Notes: generated from the sequence alone by a model not told the origin. A DNA stretch of 64,000 nt from Candidatus Gastranaerophilales bacterium (GCA_944326555.1 CALVEK010000009.1:13778-77777), one strand, 5' to 3'. Shown: positions 1-9,806, counted from the stretch's first letter. Program-made: numbers and translations.

Positions 1-2
1 AT

Positions 3-725
3 GCAGAAGAGTTATCAACAAGCAGCACCGCTTCCGCAGCAGACAAAGCATTCCCAGCAACACCTGCTGATCTATGCAAAAAACTTGCAGTAAACCCTGC
101 ATCACCAAATTCCAAATACGGTTATATCAACTCTACAGTATATAACTGCTCCAGTTTAAATACAGTAGGATACAATGCCGGAGCCGGCTCATTTACAGAT
201 GATAAAATTGCTTTTACTGCATCAAACTCTATGAGATACTTTATATCACCATTATACAATGCAACTCTCAACAGTAGTGTGTTGGGTTCAGTATCATTAA
301 ATTATTTTATAGTATGGGTTGATATTAATGGAGGAAGAAACCCCAACACTCCTGTATGGACAGGTAAAAAAGTCCCGGATGTTGTTCCATTTATTGTAGC
401 AAGCAATGGTGTTGTTGTTCCTATAGGCCACCCAACAGTTGATATCAGATACATGACAGCAAGAGCTAAAATTGTTGTAGAGGATGGTGTAAGTTATGGA
501 GAACCCACCACTTTTTATAATGCACAAGTACAAGCATTTGGTAACTATCAAGAACCATCAACAGAACTTTTTTCTGTAAGAGCTGACTGGCAAAATCTTT
601 TCAAAAACACAAATCTTGTTCCATATGACACAACTACAACAAAAACAGCAATTCCGGAATGTGTTCCTCAAAGCGGAAACTATTCATCATGTACTGTTTT
701 AATAGATGAACAAAAAACACTTTAA
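3..725 (+). CDS. 3' part of a gene for a secreted pilin/pseudopilin-like protein (5' end outside window)
   Basis: Frame 3 is open from nt 3 with no stop before the first listed Met at 231, and ends at TAA 723-725. The segment VDINGGRNPNTPVWTGKKVPDVVPF resembles the (V/I)DxNGxxxPN...D..PF core common in type IV pilin-like/T2SS pseudopilin proteins. A hairpin terminator follows. Confidence 0.5.
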   Translation, partial: AEELSTSSTASAADKAFPATPADLCKKLAVNPASPNSKYGYINSTVYNCSSLNTVGYNAGAGSFTDDKIAFTASNSMRYFISPLYNATLNSSVLGSVSLNYFIVWVDINGGRNPNTPVWTGKKVPDVVPFIVASNGVVVPIGHPTVDIRYMTARAKIVVEDGVSYGEPTTFYNAQVQAFGNYQEPSTELFSVRADWQNLFKNTNLVPYDTTTTKTAIPECVPQSGNYSSCTVLIDEQKTL

Positions 726-750
726 AATTAATTAAATAATAATAAAAAAA

Positions 751-784
751 AGAGAGGAATTATAAACAAATTCCTCTCTTTTTT
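751..784. terminator. Bidirectional intrinsic terminator between convergent genes
   Basis: 9-bp stem AGAGAGGAA (751-759) / TTCCTCTCT (771-779), with an A-run upstream and a T-run (779-784) downstream. It lies between stop codons at 725 (+) and 896 (-). Confidence 0.8.
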
Positions 785-895
785 AATTACAAACAACTAC
801 AAAACACCATTCTTCCATTACACTATTTGACCTGATATTATATTCCAATATCAAATTCTTACACAGAGAACGATACACATTTTAAACAACATTCT

Positions 896-2524
896 CTAAA
901 GTAGTTTTAAGTTATTACTTGCTTCCTTATGATTTGGATTAAGTTCAAGCACTTTTGTATACTCGACCTTTGCTTCGTCTTTTCTACCGGCAACCTCGTA
1001 TGCTAAAGCGAGATTGTACCTTATATCAACATTGCCGGAATCAAGAGAAACGGCAGTTTCCAAAGATTTAATAGCACTTTCATGTTCTTTATCTCGTGAT
1101 TGCAAAATACCCAAGAATGTCTGAGCTCTGGCATTTTTGGGATCAATAAATACAGCTTCTTTGTATAATTTTTTTGCTTCAATATAGTTTTGAAGCTCAT
1201 AATATATATCACCCAATGTTTCATAATAAAGGCTAATCTCAGGAGCAAGCTCAATTGCCCTTTTACACTGTCTTATTGCCTCTGAATAATTTTTTATAGA
1301 CCTGTTGGCATTGGCTAATTTATAATATATTTCAGGATTTTCATTGTTATATTGCATGGCTTCTGTAAACTTTTCAAAAGCAGATTTTGTTTTACCCTGA
1401 TTTAAAAGATAAACAGCTTCTTCAGCTAATATTGTACTAAGATTATTATGTATAACTTTGATATCCGATGGTACAGCAACCTCAATTGCATCATCACAAA
1501 CTTTTTTAGCTTTTTCAAAATCCTTATTCATACAATATGCCATAGCCAAAGTTTGGCTCAAAAGCAAATTTGTAGGGTCAGATACTATTGTTTCATTGAT
1601 GAGATTTATGCTATCTTGTATCTTCCCTGTATAAATGTATATTTTTGCTATTAAATTTTTAATTGCAAACACATCCGCAGTCGGAAGTTCCAGAGCTTTT
1701 TGCGCATATTCTAACGCTTCGTCATAAGAGTGAACATGGAATAATAAATCCACAATTTCTTCATAATATGCATAATTTTCAGGTTCTAAATCAATAAGTT
1801 TTCTTGAATAATAGATAACATTTTCTGTATCTTTTTGCTTCAAATAAATTTTTCTTAAATCCTTAATTACATCAACATTGTCAGATTTATAATCAAGAAC
1901 TTTTTTAAACAGACTTATGGCCTTATTATATTCACCATAAGTCATATATATACTACCCATTATTCCATAATATTCAACTTTTTCTTCTTCGTCATCGATA
2001 TAGGTTACAAGCTGCTTATACAACTTCAATGCCGACTCTTTTTGTTTGTTGTCATAATACAAACCTGCCAAATTCCTCATCGAATTTACATCATACTTAT
2101 CCTTGCTCAAAAGATATGAATAGAAATGTATGGCTTTTTTATTTTGATGAGTATTCTTATATAATGTTGCAAGCTGTTGAGCAATGGTCAAATCGTCAGG
2201 ATAAAATTGAAACAAAACAAGTAAATTAGAAATTGCTTCATATTCCTTTTGCGTTTCAATATATGATTTAACAAGCAACTTCCTCAATTCATGGTGATAA
2301 GGATTTTGTGCAAGATATTTTTTAGCAAGTTTTTGAGCAGTATTAAAATCCGCATTAAGAAGCAACGCCTCAACTTGCTTATATACCTCATCAGGAGTAA
2401 TCTGCAGGTCTTCACCTTTTTTAGACCTATGCTTAGAAGCCTCTGCTTTCAATAACAGATATACATAGGCAAGACCTGAAACAAAGAAAATAAATAAAAT
2501 TATTAAAATAAGATTATTTAACAT
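896..2524 (-). CDS. TPR-repeat protein with N-terminal membrane anchor
   Basis: 542-aa ORF. The N-terminal hydrophobic helix is LILIILFIFFVSGLAYVYLLL, followed by many 34-aa TPR-like repeats (e.g. AIELAPEISLYYETLGDIYYELQNYIEAKKLYKEAVFIDPKNA). It lies 27 nt downstream of the HIT gene on the same strand. Confidence 0.8.
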   Translation of the reverse strand: MLNNLILIILFIFFVSGLAYVYLLLKAEASKHRSKKGEDLQITPDEVYKQVEALLLNADFNTAQKLAKKYLAQNPYHHELRKLLVKSYIETQKEYEAISNLLVLFQFYPDDLTIAQQLATLYKNTHQNKKAIHFYSYLLSKDKYDVNSMRNLAGLYYDNKQKESALKLYKQLVTYIDDEEEKVEYYGIMGSIYMTYGEYNKAISLFKKVLDYKSDNVDVIKDLRKIYLKQKDTENVIYYSRKLIDLEPENYAYYEEIVDLLFHVHSYDEALEYAQKALELPTADVFAIKNLIAKIYIYTGKIQDSINLINETIVSDPTNLLLSQTLAMAYCMNKDFEKAKKVCDDAIEVAVPSDIKVIHNNLSTILAEEAVYLLNQGKTKSAFEKFTEAMQYNNENPEIYYKLANANRSIKNYSEAIRQCKRAIELAPEISLYYETLGDIYYELQNYIEAKKLYKEAVFIDPKNARAQTFLGILQSRDKEHESAIKSLETAVSLDSGNVDIRYNLALAYEVAGRKDEAKVEYTKVLELNPNHKEASNNLKLL

Positions 2525-2551
2525 TTAAGCTGATATCCATATAAAATGAGA

Positions 2552-2884
2552 TTATCCCGGCGGCCATTTTAACGGTCTGCCTGCCAGTATATGTATATGT
2601 AAATGAAAAACTGTCTGACCTGCGGATTCTCCAGTATTAATAACTGTTCTATATTCAGATATTCCCAATTTCTTTACTACATTTTTTACAGCACCAAAAA
2701 GAGCAGACATAATTTCTTTATCGTCTAATTCATTCAAAGATGCATAATGTTTTTTAGGAATAACAAGAACATGTACAGGAGCCTGAGGGCTTAAGTCATT
2801 GAATGCAATTGTATATTCATCCTCGTACACAGGCTCTGTAGGAATCTCTTTTTTTGCAATTTTGCAGAAAATACAACTATCCAT
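2552..2884 (-). CDS. HIT-family (histidine triad) nucleotide-binding protein
   Basis: 110 aa with the histidine triad motif HLHIHILAG near the C-terminus and the N-terminal CIFCKI motif typical of HinT-like proteins. Confidence 0.9.
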   Translation of the reverse strand: MDSCIFCKIAKKEIPTEPVYEDEYTIAFNDLSPQAPVHVLVIPKKHYASLNELDDKEIMSALFGAVKNVVKKLGISEYRTVINTGESAGQTVFHLHIHILAGRPLKWPPG

Positions 2885-2923
2885 TAATTTCCCTATCCTT
2901 TTTTAAATTATTATAAAGCATTA

Positions 2924-2932
2924 TGCTATAAT
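2924..2932 (+). promoter_or_regulatory. Candidate extended -10 promoter for tRNA-Arg/der
   Basis: TGcTATAAT (TG at 2924-2925, TATAAT at 2927-2932) lies about 40 nt upstream of the tRNA. No good -35 is present. Confidence 0.4.
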
Positions 2933-2970
2933 TTAAAAGCATACAAATGTTGTAGATAAACAAACACTCT

Positions 2971-3044
2971 GTGTCAGTAGCTCAGTAGGATAGAGTAACA
3001 GTCTCCGAAGCTGTTGGTCGGGGGTTCGATTCCCCCCTGGCACA
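2971..3044 (+). tRNA. tRNA-Arg (anticodon CCG)
   Basis: Hand-folded cloverleaf. Acceptor GTGTCAG/CTGGCAC (one G-U pair), D arm GCTC..GAGT, anticodon stem ACAGT/GCTGT with loop CTCCGAA (anticodon CCG), and T arm GGGGG-TTCGATT-CCCCC. CCA is not encoded. Confidence 0.9.
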
Positions 3045-3069
3045 AGTAACAATAGAACAGGACAAGAAA

Positions 3070-4404
3070 ATGACAGCAAAACCCATAGTCGCCGTTGTAG
3101 GAAGACCAAATGTAGGAAAATCAACTTTTGTAAACAGAATAGTCGGTTCTCGACAATCTATAGTTGATGACCAACCGGGAGTAACAAGAGACAGAATTTA
3201 TTTTGATGTCGAATGGCAAAATAAAGAATTTACTCTAATTGATACAGGAGGAATTATCCCCGGTGATGAAGACGAAATTATGCTGAATATATTTACACAG
3301 GCAAAAGTAGCTTGTGATGAAGCAGAAAAAATTATATTCCTTGTTGACGGGAAAGACGGAATAAACCCTATCGATTATGACATAGCAAATGTTTTAAGAA
3401 GAAGCGGAAAACCTGTCTATCTTGCGGTAAATAAAATAGATGCACCCGAACATTTTAACAATATATCCGACTTTTATGCTCTTGCAGTTGGCGACCCTCA
3501 TCCTATTTCTGCACTACATGGTTCAGGCGGAGTAGGCGATCTCTTAGAAGCTATAACAGAGGATTTCCCAATCAATGACGGTGAAGAGCAAACAGATATA
3601 ATAAGACTTGCCATCGTAGGAAAACCTAATGCAGGCAAATCATCGATTGTGAATGCTCTTCTTGGTGAAGACAGAGTTATTGTAAGCGATGTATCCGGAA
3701 CAACAAGAGATTCCATTAACTCAAAAGTAAAATACGAGGGAGAAGAATTTATCCTCGTTGATACAGCAGGCATAAGAAAGAAATCAAAAGTAGATTGGGG
3801 TGTTGAAAAATTTGCAGTCGATAGAGCAATCAGAGCAATTAGAGATTGCGATATTGCCGTACTCGTAATCGATGCTGTTGACGGACTTACTGATCAAGAC
3901 AAAAGGATTTCGCAAACAATTGTAGAAGCAGGTAAAGGTCTTATCGTAGCAGTCAACAAATGGGATTTAATTACTGACAAGGAAACAGGGGATCCTACAG
4001 CAAAATACACCCAAAAACTTATGCACGAAGCTCCATTTTTAGATTTTGCACCGAAAATATTTATTAGTGCAAAAACAAAACAAAGACTGGTAAATATATA
4101 CAAACAAGCCAAAGAAGTTTACGCTCAATGCACCAAGAGAGTTTCAACAAGCATTTTAAACAAAGTGCTTTTAGAAGCTATGGCAATGAATCCTCCTTCA
4201 ACTAAAAAAGGCAAAAAATTAAGAGTATACTACGCAACTCAAGTGCGTACAGCTCCACCAACTTTCATTTTGTTTGTAAACAATGAAGACCTTGTACAAG
4301 ACAGTTACAAAAGGTATCTCGAAAATAAAATGAGAGAAGCCTTCGGCTTCTTTGGCACACCTGTAAAAATGTCATTTAGAGAAAGAAAAGAAAAAGATAA
4401 ATAA
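3070..4404 (+). CDS. der: Ribosome-associated GTPase Der (EngA)
   Basis: 444 aa with two tandem GTPase domains carrying P-loops GRPNVGKST and GKPNAGKSS, DTGG/DTAG and NKID/NKWD motifs, and a KH-like C-terminus. Confidence 0.95.
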   Translation: MTAKPIVAVVGRPNVGKSTFVNRIVGSRQSIVDDQPGVTRDRIYFDVEWQNKEFTLIDTGGIIPGDEDEIMLNIFTQAKVACDEAEKIIFLVDGKDGINPIDYDIANVLRRSGKPVYLAVNKIDAPEHFNNISDFYALAVGDPHPISALHGSGGVGDLLEAITEDFPINDGEEQTDIIRLAIVGKPNAGKSSIVNALLGEDRVIVSDVSGTTRDSINSKVKYEGEEFILVDTAGIRKKSKVDWGVEKFAVDRAIRAIRDCDIAVLVIDAVDGLTDQDKRISQTIVEAGKGLIVAVNKWDLITDKETGDPTAKYTQKLMHEAPFLDFAPKIFISAKTKQRLVNIYKQAKEVYAQCTKRVSTSILNKVLLEAMAMNPPSTKKGKKLRVYYATQVRTAPPTFILFVNNEDLVQDSYKRYLENKMREAFGFFGTPVKMSFRERKEKDK

Positions 4405-4417
4405 CAAATTAGACAAT

Positions 4418-5203
4418 TTATTTTTTCAAAATGGTACGCAAAAACTCTATTAATGTTTCCGTTGCAGATTTTTTACGATAAGCACAAGGTTTTATGTAGT
4501 TTTTCAAAGCTCGTTGTGCTTTGTCTATCAGCGCATGAACAGGTGTTTTGTATCTTGCACATTCAGGGTCAACAAGGTAAACTCTTCCATTTTGAGAAAT
4601 TCCAATTTGGTGCGTATCACAGTCAAAAATATCAACCGCTCTGTAACCGTCTGATTTAATCATATCTTTAACCGTATCAACCCAATATACAGGCATATTG
4701 TGCTGATACAATTTTTCTTCAATATAAAAATATGTGCGTCCGCTGTTTCCTCTTTTAAAAACAGGAACATCAAAAATTGCATGAGGTCTGTTTAGCGGGA
4801 AATGATTTCCGTCTGTAAGTTTTATTATTTTACCGTCAGCAGTTTCAAAAGCTACCGCACTTGAGCCGTATCCTCTTAGGCTTACAACTTTTCTTTCCAG
4901 TATCTTTTGAACTTGTTTTTCTTGTAAGTCTTTTAAAAATCTTTGTATAGTAACTTTTTCACCTACTATACCCTCTTTCAATTCTTTTTGAGAAATAACA
5001 TCATATAAGGCTTTTTTTAATTTTACAGGTCTCCTGTACTCAAACCCAGTTATGCATCTCACCTCAGAATTGTATACAAAGTTTATGCTTTTGGACTTGT
5101 TCTTAGTCCTATTTATGTTATCTAAATGTTTCTTTTGAATGTGTAAATTCCGTTTAATTTCCATTTTGCTATCTGTAAATCCCACAAATAAATTACAAAT
5201 CAT
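4418..5203 (-). CDS. Hypothetical protein, possible atypical kinase-like fold
   Basis: 261-aa ORF (alternative start at Met14, 5164) with a basic N-terminus. It shows a Gly-rich GYGSSAVAF...KIIKL segment, then DCDTHQIG...VYLVDPE, reminiscent of APH/choline-kinase type catalytic and Mg-binding loops. Family not recognised. Confidence 0.55.
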   Translation of the reverse strand: MICNLFVGFTDSKMEIKRNLHIQKKHLDNINRTKNKSKSINFVYNSEVRCITGFEYRRPVKLKKALYDVISQKELKEGIVGEKVTIQRFLKDLQEKQVQKILERKVVSLRGYGSSAVAFETADGKIIKLTDGNHFPLNRPHAIFDVPVFKRGNSGRTYFYIEEKLYQHNMPVYWVDTVKDMIKSDGYRAVDIFDCDTHQIGISQNGRVYLVDPECARYKTPVHALIDKAQRALKNYIKPCAYRKKSATETLIEFLRTILKK

Positions 5204-5339
5204 TTAATATATGTTTCAAGCATATCAATTAAAAAAGAAAAACAAAATATTTTGATAATTTATAAAGCAATATTAACATTAAAACGTATTTCATATAAAA
5301 TTTGTATAGAGTAATAAGTATAATCAATAGGAGTAGAGT

Positions 5340-5939
5340 ATGCTGCAAATTTTTATAGCAATAATTATGGGATACTTAATAGGATCAATTCCTACAGGAT
5401 ATTTAATTGTAAAAGCAAAAACAGGAGAGGATATAAGAAAAGTTGGCTCAGGCTCAACGGGAGCAACCAATGTAAAAAGAGTATTGGGTAAAGATTGGTT
5501 TTTTATAGTAATGCTGCTTGATGCTATAAAAGGTGCTTTGCCTGTTGTTTTGGCTATATTATTTTTACCGGCATACGCAAAATACGGCATAACACCTGTA
5601 GCGGCGGCAATAGCCGTATTGTTAGGGCACAGTAAATCAATCTTCCTCGGTTTCACAGGCGGAAAATCTGTCGCATCAGGAGTTGGAACAATTCTTGCAC
5701 TTAACCTGTTTGTGGGCTTATGTGTAGCTGCTATCTGGGGAATAATCACTTGGGTATCAAAATACGTGTCATTAGGTTCAATAATTGCTTTAGCATTATC
5801 TCCTTTTATCATGTGGGCTTTTAAGCAACCCTTGGGTTATATCGCATATTGCGCTATTGGAGCCTTATACATTATATGGTTGCACAGAGAGAATATTAAA
5901 CGTCTCGTAAAAGGAGAAGAAAATAAAGTTAGAGAATAA
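5340..5939 (+). CDS. plsY: Glycerol-3-phosphate acyltransferase PlsY
   Basis: 199-aa polytopic membrane protein with the GSGSTGATNV motif (GSGNxGATN in PlsY). SD AGGAG lies 7 nt upstream. Confidence 0.9.
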   Translation: MLQIFIAIIMGYLIGSIPTGYLIVKAKTGEDIRKVGSGSTGATNVKRVLGKDWFFIVMLLDAIKGALPVVLAILFLPAYAKYGITPVAAAIAVLLGHSKSIFLGFTGGKSVASGVGTILALNLFVGLCVAAIWGIITWVSKYVSLGSIIALALSPFIMWAFKQPLGYIAYCAIGALYIIWLHRENIKRLVKGEENKVRE

Positions 5940-5955
5940 CAGTTAAGGTGATAAT

Positions 5956-7479
5956 ATGCCGCAATTTAAAGGAATAAAAACAGTTCCTAAAATTCAAATA
6001 GACAACAAAGATACGCTTTCTCTTGTTTATACACCCGGCGTTGGTGCATCGTGTCTAAAAATAAAGGAGAATCCTGAGGCCTCAATGGTTTATACAAACA
6101 GAATAAATTCTGTTGCCGTTATGTCCTTTGATTACCAAAAGTCATTACAAAGAGCAATATTTTTAAAAAGTGTATTGCTAATTGATGCATATCCCTTTGA
6201 AATAAAAGAGAACACAACTCAAAACGATTTAAAGTTTGCTATTGAAAATCTCGAAATAAATTTTTGTGCAATCGACTTGTCTTTGATACAGGAATTTGCA
6301 AAAGACATTGATTTTAACGTTGAAATCCCTGTACTAAAAGAACCTGTGGCTGATTTAAAAGATTTCTTCGGAGCTATTTCAAGAAATGTTTTCATGATTG
6401 ATATAACCAAATTAAAAGGAGATGTTTCGGAACGTTCATTACAATTGCATGAATTGGCAGGCGGAGTAATAGAAACAGAACTCACAGAAGAAACAAGAAA
6501 CAAACCTGTAGCAATTATCTCTGACGGAACAGCTGTCTTGGGTTACGGTAACATTGGAGCATTGGCGTCTTTGCCTGTTATGGAAGGGAAAGCCGCATTG
6601 TATGCAGATTTAGCAGATGTGGACTCTGTAGTTTTCTGTACAAAAACACAAAATGTCGATGAGATAGTCAAAATATTACAGATATTTGAAAATTCCTTTT
6701 CAGGAATTCATATAGAAGACATAGCTGCACCATCTTGCTTTGAAGTAGAAGAAAAACTCACTGAAACGTTAAATATTCCCGTTTTCCATGATGACCAACA
6801 TGGCACAGCCATAATAGTTTTGGCAGGATTACTCAATTCTCTTGTTCTTGTGGAAAAAGAGCTCTCAAAAATAAAAATAGTTATGTCAGGAGCAGGGGCA
6901 GCAGGAAATGCCGTTGCTAAACTATTGCATTTTGCCGGTGCAAAAAATATCGTTATGACTGATATAAACGGAGCAATCTATAAAAACAGAGAAGCAAACG
7001 ACAAATACTTAGAAGAACTGGCTCAAATAACAAATCCAAATAACGAAAAAGGCGCATTAAAAGATATTATTAAAAATGCCGATGTATTTATCGGACTTTC
7101 AAAAGGCGGGATTTTAACTGAAGAAATGATTCAATCTATGGAATACCGTCCGATTGTTTTTGCACTGGCAAACCCAATACCCGAAATAATGCCTGATGAA
7201 GCAAAACATGCCGGCGTATACATAATATCTACTGGCAGAAGCGATTTTGAAAACCAGATAAACAATTCTCTTGCTTTTCCGGGGTTATTCAAGGGGCTTA
7301 TACAAGGCAAAATAAACAAGGTTACACCCGAAATAAAACTTGAATGTGCATTACTTATAGCATCGATGGTGTCTACTGATGAATTGAATCCCGAAAATAT
7401 CATGCCTGACCCGTTAGATAGAATGGTCCCATTAAATATGGCCAATGTTATTGTAGAAAAATATGCAAATAAAAATTAG
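5956..7479 (+). CDS. NAD(P)-dependent malic enzyme (short bacterial type) with a 130-aa N-terminal insertion
   Basis: Motifs LSLVYTPGVG, DGTAVLGYGNIG, PVMEGKA, FHDDQHGTA and GAGAAG, plus the C-terminal NNSLAFPGLF. SD AAGGTGA. An extra segment at aa 53-184 separates the YTPGV and DGTAVLG motifs. Confidence 0.9.
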   Translation: MPQFKGIKTVPKIQIDNKDTLSLVYTPGVGASCLKIKENPEASMVYTNRINSVAVMSFDYQKSLQRAIFLKSVLLIDAYPFEIKENTTQNDLKFAIENLEINFCAIDLSLIQEFAKDIDFNVEIPVLKEPVADLKDFFGAISRNVFMIDITKLKGDVSERSLQLHELAGGVIETELTEETRNKPVAIISDGTAVLGYGNIGALASLPVMEGKAALYADLADVDSVVFCTKTQNVDEIVKILQIFENSFSGIHIEDIAAPSCFEVEEKLTETLNIPVFHDDQHGTAIIVLAGLLNSLVLVEKELSKIKIVMSGAGAAGNAVAKLLHFAGAKNIVMTDINGAIYKNREANDKYLEELAQITNPNNEKGALKDIIKNADVFIGLSKGGILTEEMIQSMEYRPIVFALANPIPEIMPDEAKHAGVYIISTGRSDFENQINNSLAFPGLFKGLIQGKINKVTPEIKLECALLIASMVSTDELNPENIMPDPLDRMVPLNMANVIVEKYANKN

Positions 7480-7490
7480 AAAATAAAAAT

Positions 7491-7524
7491 TTGTCCGAGA
7501 AATTTATTTTAGTTTCTCGGACAA
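7491..7524. terminator. Intrinsic terminator between convergent genes
   Basis: Perfect 11-bp stem TTGTCCGAGAA (7491-7501) / TTCTCGGACAA (7514-7524), with A/T runs on both sides. It lies between stops at 7479 (+) and 7554 (-). Confidence 0.8.
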
Positions 7525-7553
7525 ATAATAATTTTTATTAAAGAACTAACTTT

Positions 7554-8147
7554 CTAAGGTGTTGCAGGAGTTCTGTGGAAAATTCTATTCCACAAATCTT
7601 TGAAAAACGTACCTACAGCGTTTAATCCGTTCATAATAGAAGTTCCTATTTTTTGATACCAAGTAGGACCTGTAGTTCCTGTAGGCGGAGGGGTTGGAGG
7701 AGTTCCTCTGAGTCTTGAAATCAAATCTTTACCCCTTACTATTCCCAACACAGCCAAACTTGTCAAAAGGATGCCAAGAGCAACTTTTTTTGCAGTATCA
7801 TATTTATTCTTTTTTACAAATGTATTTGCATCGGGGTGTTTTGGTTGAACAGTTTGGTATACATCTCCTTTTGGCAGAGGATTAGGAGGCTGTAATGTTG
7901 GCAAAGGATCCGGTAATACTTGACCGGGAAGAGACGGAGCCCAACCTCTTTGTGCTACATAATTTTGCAAATAAGGCGATGGCGTATCTGTTATGTAACC
8001 TACAACATCCTCAGCGACTATACCATGTGTCGTAAGCTGGTCAAAACAATTGGGGTATATTGGATAACCCATTTGAGGATAGCCTTGTGGTACAACACCT
8101 TGAGACATGTAACTTTGATGAGTAACTCCGTAATTAATAGGCTGCAT
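7554..8147 (-). CDS. Hypothetical proline-rich single-pass membrane protein
   Basis: 197 aa with a Pro/Gln/Tyr-rich N-terminal half, one TM helix (VALGILLTSLAVLGIV) and a PPTPPPTG tract. It follows the TPR gene on the same strand. Confidence 0.65.
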   Translation of the reverse strand: MQPINYGVTHQSYMSQGVVPQGYPQMGYPIYPNCFDQLTTHGIVAEDVVGYITDTPSPYLQNYVAQRGWAPSLPGQVLPDPLPTLQPPNPLPKGDVYQTVQPKHPDANTFVKKNKYDTAKKVALGILLTSLAVLGIVRGKDLISRLRGTPPTPPPTGTTGPTWYQKIGTSIMNGLNAVGTFFKDLWNRIFHRTPATP

Positions 8148-8253
8148 AATCTAAATCTCACACTATAACTTTCACACATGCATGTAAAAACATATCACTG
8201 TGAGAAATTGCCTACTTTACCCAAAACTTTGTTAAACTAACTTAACATTCGCA

Positions 8254-9738
8254 TTAAAATATACTCAATTGAACAGAGAGCCTATTGGCATAATCAATAT
8301 CATCACCTTTTAATGCGAGCTTTTGTGCTTTTTCTAACAAAGACTGAGCCTTGTCTCTGTTACCGAGTTTTAGCATCACGTCTGAGGCTTTTTCATAATT
8401 TTTAGCCATTTTTATTGGAGATTCTGCCTTTTCATAGAACTGTGCAGATGACTTGTAGTCTTTTAGGGCATTTGTATTTTCGTTAATTAATGCCATCGAG
8501 TCTCCGCATCTGCTCCATATTGCACCCATTGTTTTATTATTTTTTGTTTCCATTGCAATATTTTTTGCAACACTATAGTACTCATGAGTCTTTGACACGT
8601 CATACATTTGAGCATACATATCAGCTATGTCTGACAATGCTTTTGATTGAGCATTAAGATTTTCTGCCTCACCGGCATAAGATATGGCAGCATAGTAATG
8701 TTCCATTGCAGGCTCAAAATAGACTACATCGTCATATATTTTGGCCATTGAATAATAAGCATGGGCTTTCAAGTTATTATCATCCGTTGTTAAGTGGGCT
8801 TGATTATAGTATTTTAGGGCTTCTTCAAGATTATCATTATTGTCATATACCTGACCAAGTTCAAAACAAGCCATTGCTTCAGCTTTGTTATCACCGACAA
8901 GATGTGCGTTTTCTATGGCCGTTTTAAAAGCAGATATTGCTTTTTGAGTATCATTTATTGCAGAATATTTTTTACCTTGAATAAACGCTTTTCTCACTTG
9001 TTCATTCTGAGGTATATAAATATTTTTTGCCTTGGCACTATCCGTATTCGAAGAAAGTGTCTCTTGATTTTCAACAGATTCAGAAGCATTTACCTGACTA
9101 TCATCAGAATTTATAGCATCTGCCTTTTGAGACAAATCTTTTGAAATCGGCTTCATGTCGCCTGTTTCTTTATCAGGCAGCTTGACCAAAAAATCCACAT
9201 TGATGCTTTCAGGATCAGACTTGTAATCTACCTGTTGCAAGAACAACGCATCAATCCAATTTTCTACAACTTTGGATTTTTTATTTAATGTCTTAGAAAT
9301 AAAATCGTCAAGGACAGTAGATGCATTTTTTAAATTAGACTGTATAATTTTTTTGTTCGGCTCATTTTTTAACGACTGAGTCTCTGCCAAAGAAAGGTAC
9401 TGCTCCACTTCTTGAATTATGTTTGGAGGAGACCCGATTGCAATGGCAGTATTTTTAAAATCAGTAAGTATCTGGGCAATATTAACTTTAGACTTAGAAT
9501 AATCTATTGTAGACTGCTGACCGTTTGGAAATTGTTGACGACCGTAAGCAGGTGCTTTTTTTGCATTAGAATCCGTTGCACTATAGTTTTCTGTATCCCT
9601 AGAACGTTCATAACGGTCTTTGTCTAAATTGGACGAAGATTGAGAAGACTCTTGTTCTTCTTCTTTGTTTTGCACCTTGCCTTTGGTTTGAGGAGGTACA
9701 TAAGGTTTTATTTGTATTGGATAAATACTATTGTACAA
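8254..9738 (-). CDS. Hypothetical protein with C-terminal TPR-like repeats
   Basis: 494-aa ORF beginning at TTG (9736-9738), with AAGGGTG 8 nt upstream. The N-terminal 240 aa are low-complexity and acidic. The C-terminal half has TPR-like repeats (AMACFELGQVYDNNDNLEEALKYYNQA...). Confidence 0.7.
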   Translation of the reverse strand: MYNSIYPIQIKPYVPPQTKGKVQNKEEEQESSQSSSNLDKDRYERSRDTENYSATDSNAKKAPAYGRQQFPNGQQSTIDYSKSKVNIAQILTDFKNTAIAIGSPPNIIQEVEQYLSLAETQSLKNEPNKKIIQSNLKNASTVLDDFISKTLNKKSKVVENWIDALFLQQVDYKSDPESINVDFLVKLPDKETGDMKPISKDLSQKADAINSDDSQVNASESVENQETLSSNTDSAKAKNIYIPQNEQVRKAFIQGKKYSAINDTQKAISAFKTAIENAHLVGDNKAEAMACFELGQVYDNNDNLEEALKYYNQAHLTTDDNNLKAHAYYSMAKIYDDVVYFEPAMEHYYAAISYAGEAENLNAQSKALSDIADMYAQMYDVSKTHEYYSVAKNIAMETKNNKTMGAIWSRCGDSMALINENTNALKDYKSSAQFYEKAESPIKMAKNYEKASDVMLKLGNRDKAQSLLEKAQKLALKGDDIDYANRLSVQLSIF

Positions 9739-9806
9739 ATTTTAACACCCTTTAAAAACTTATCTTGCCCTTTAATTTTTTACTTGAACGTTCTGCCCTA
9801 CTGACG

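Noticed and set aside
2933-3124. 63-aa minus-strand ORF
   Set aside because: It runs antisense through tRNA-Arg and the der start, so it is an artefact of the six-frame track.
5324-5812. 162-aa ORF antisense to plsY (similar long antisense ORFs occur at 12028-12495, 39859-40245 and 40252-40587)
   Set aside because: Each lies opposite a confidently identified gene or a better-supported ORF and has no recognisable motifs or ribosome-binding site.
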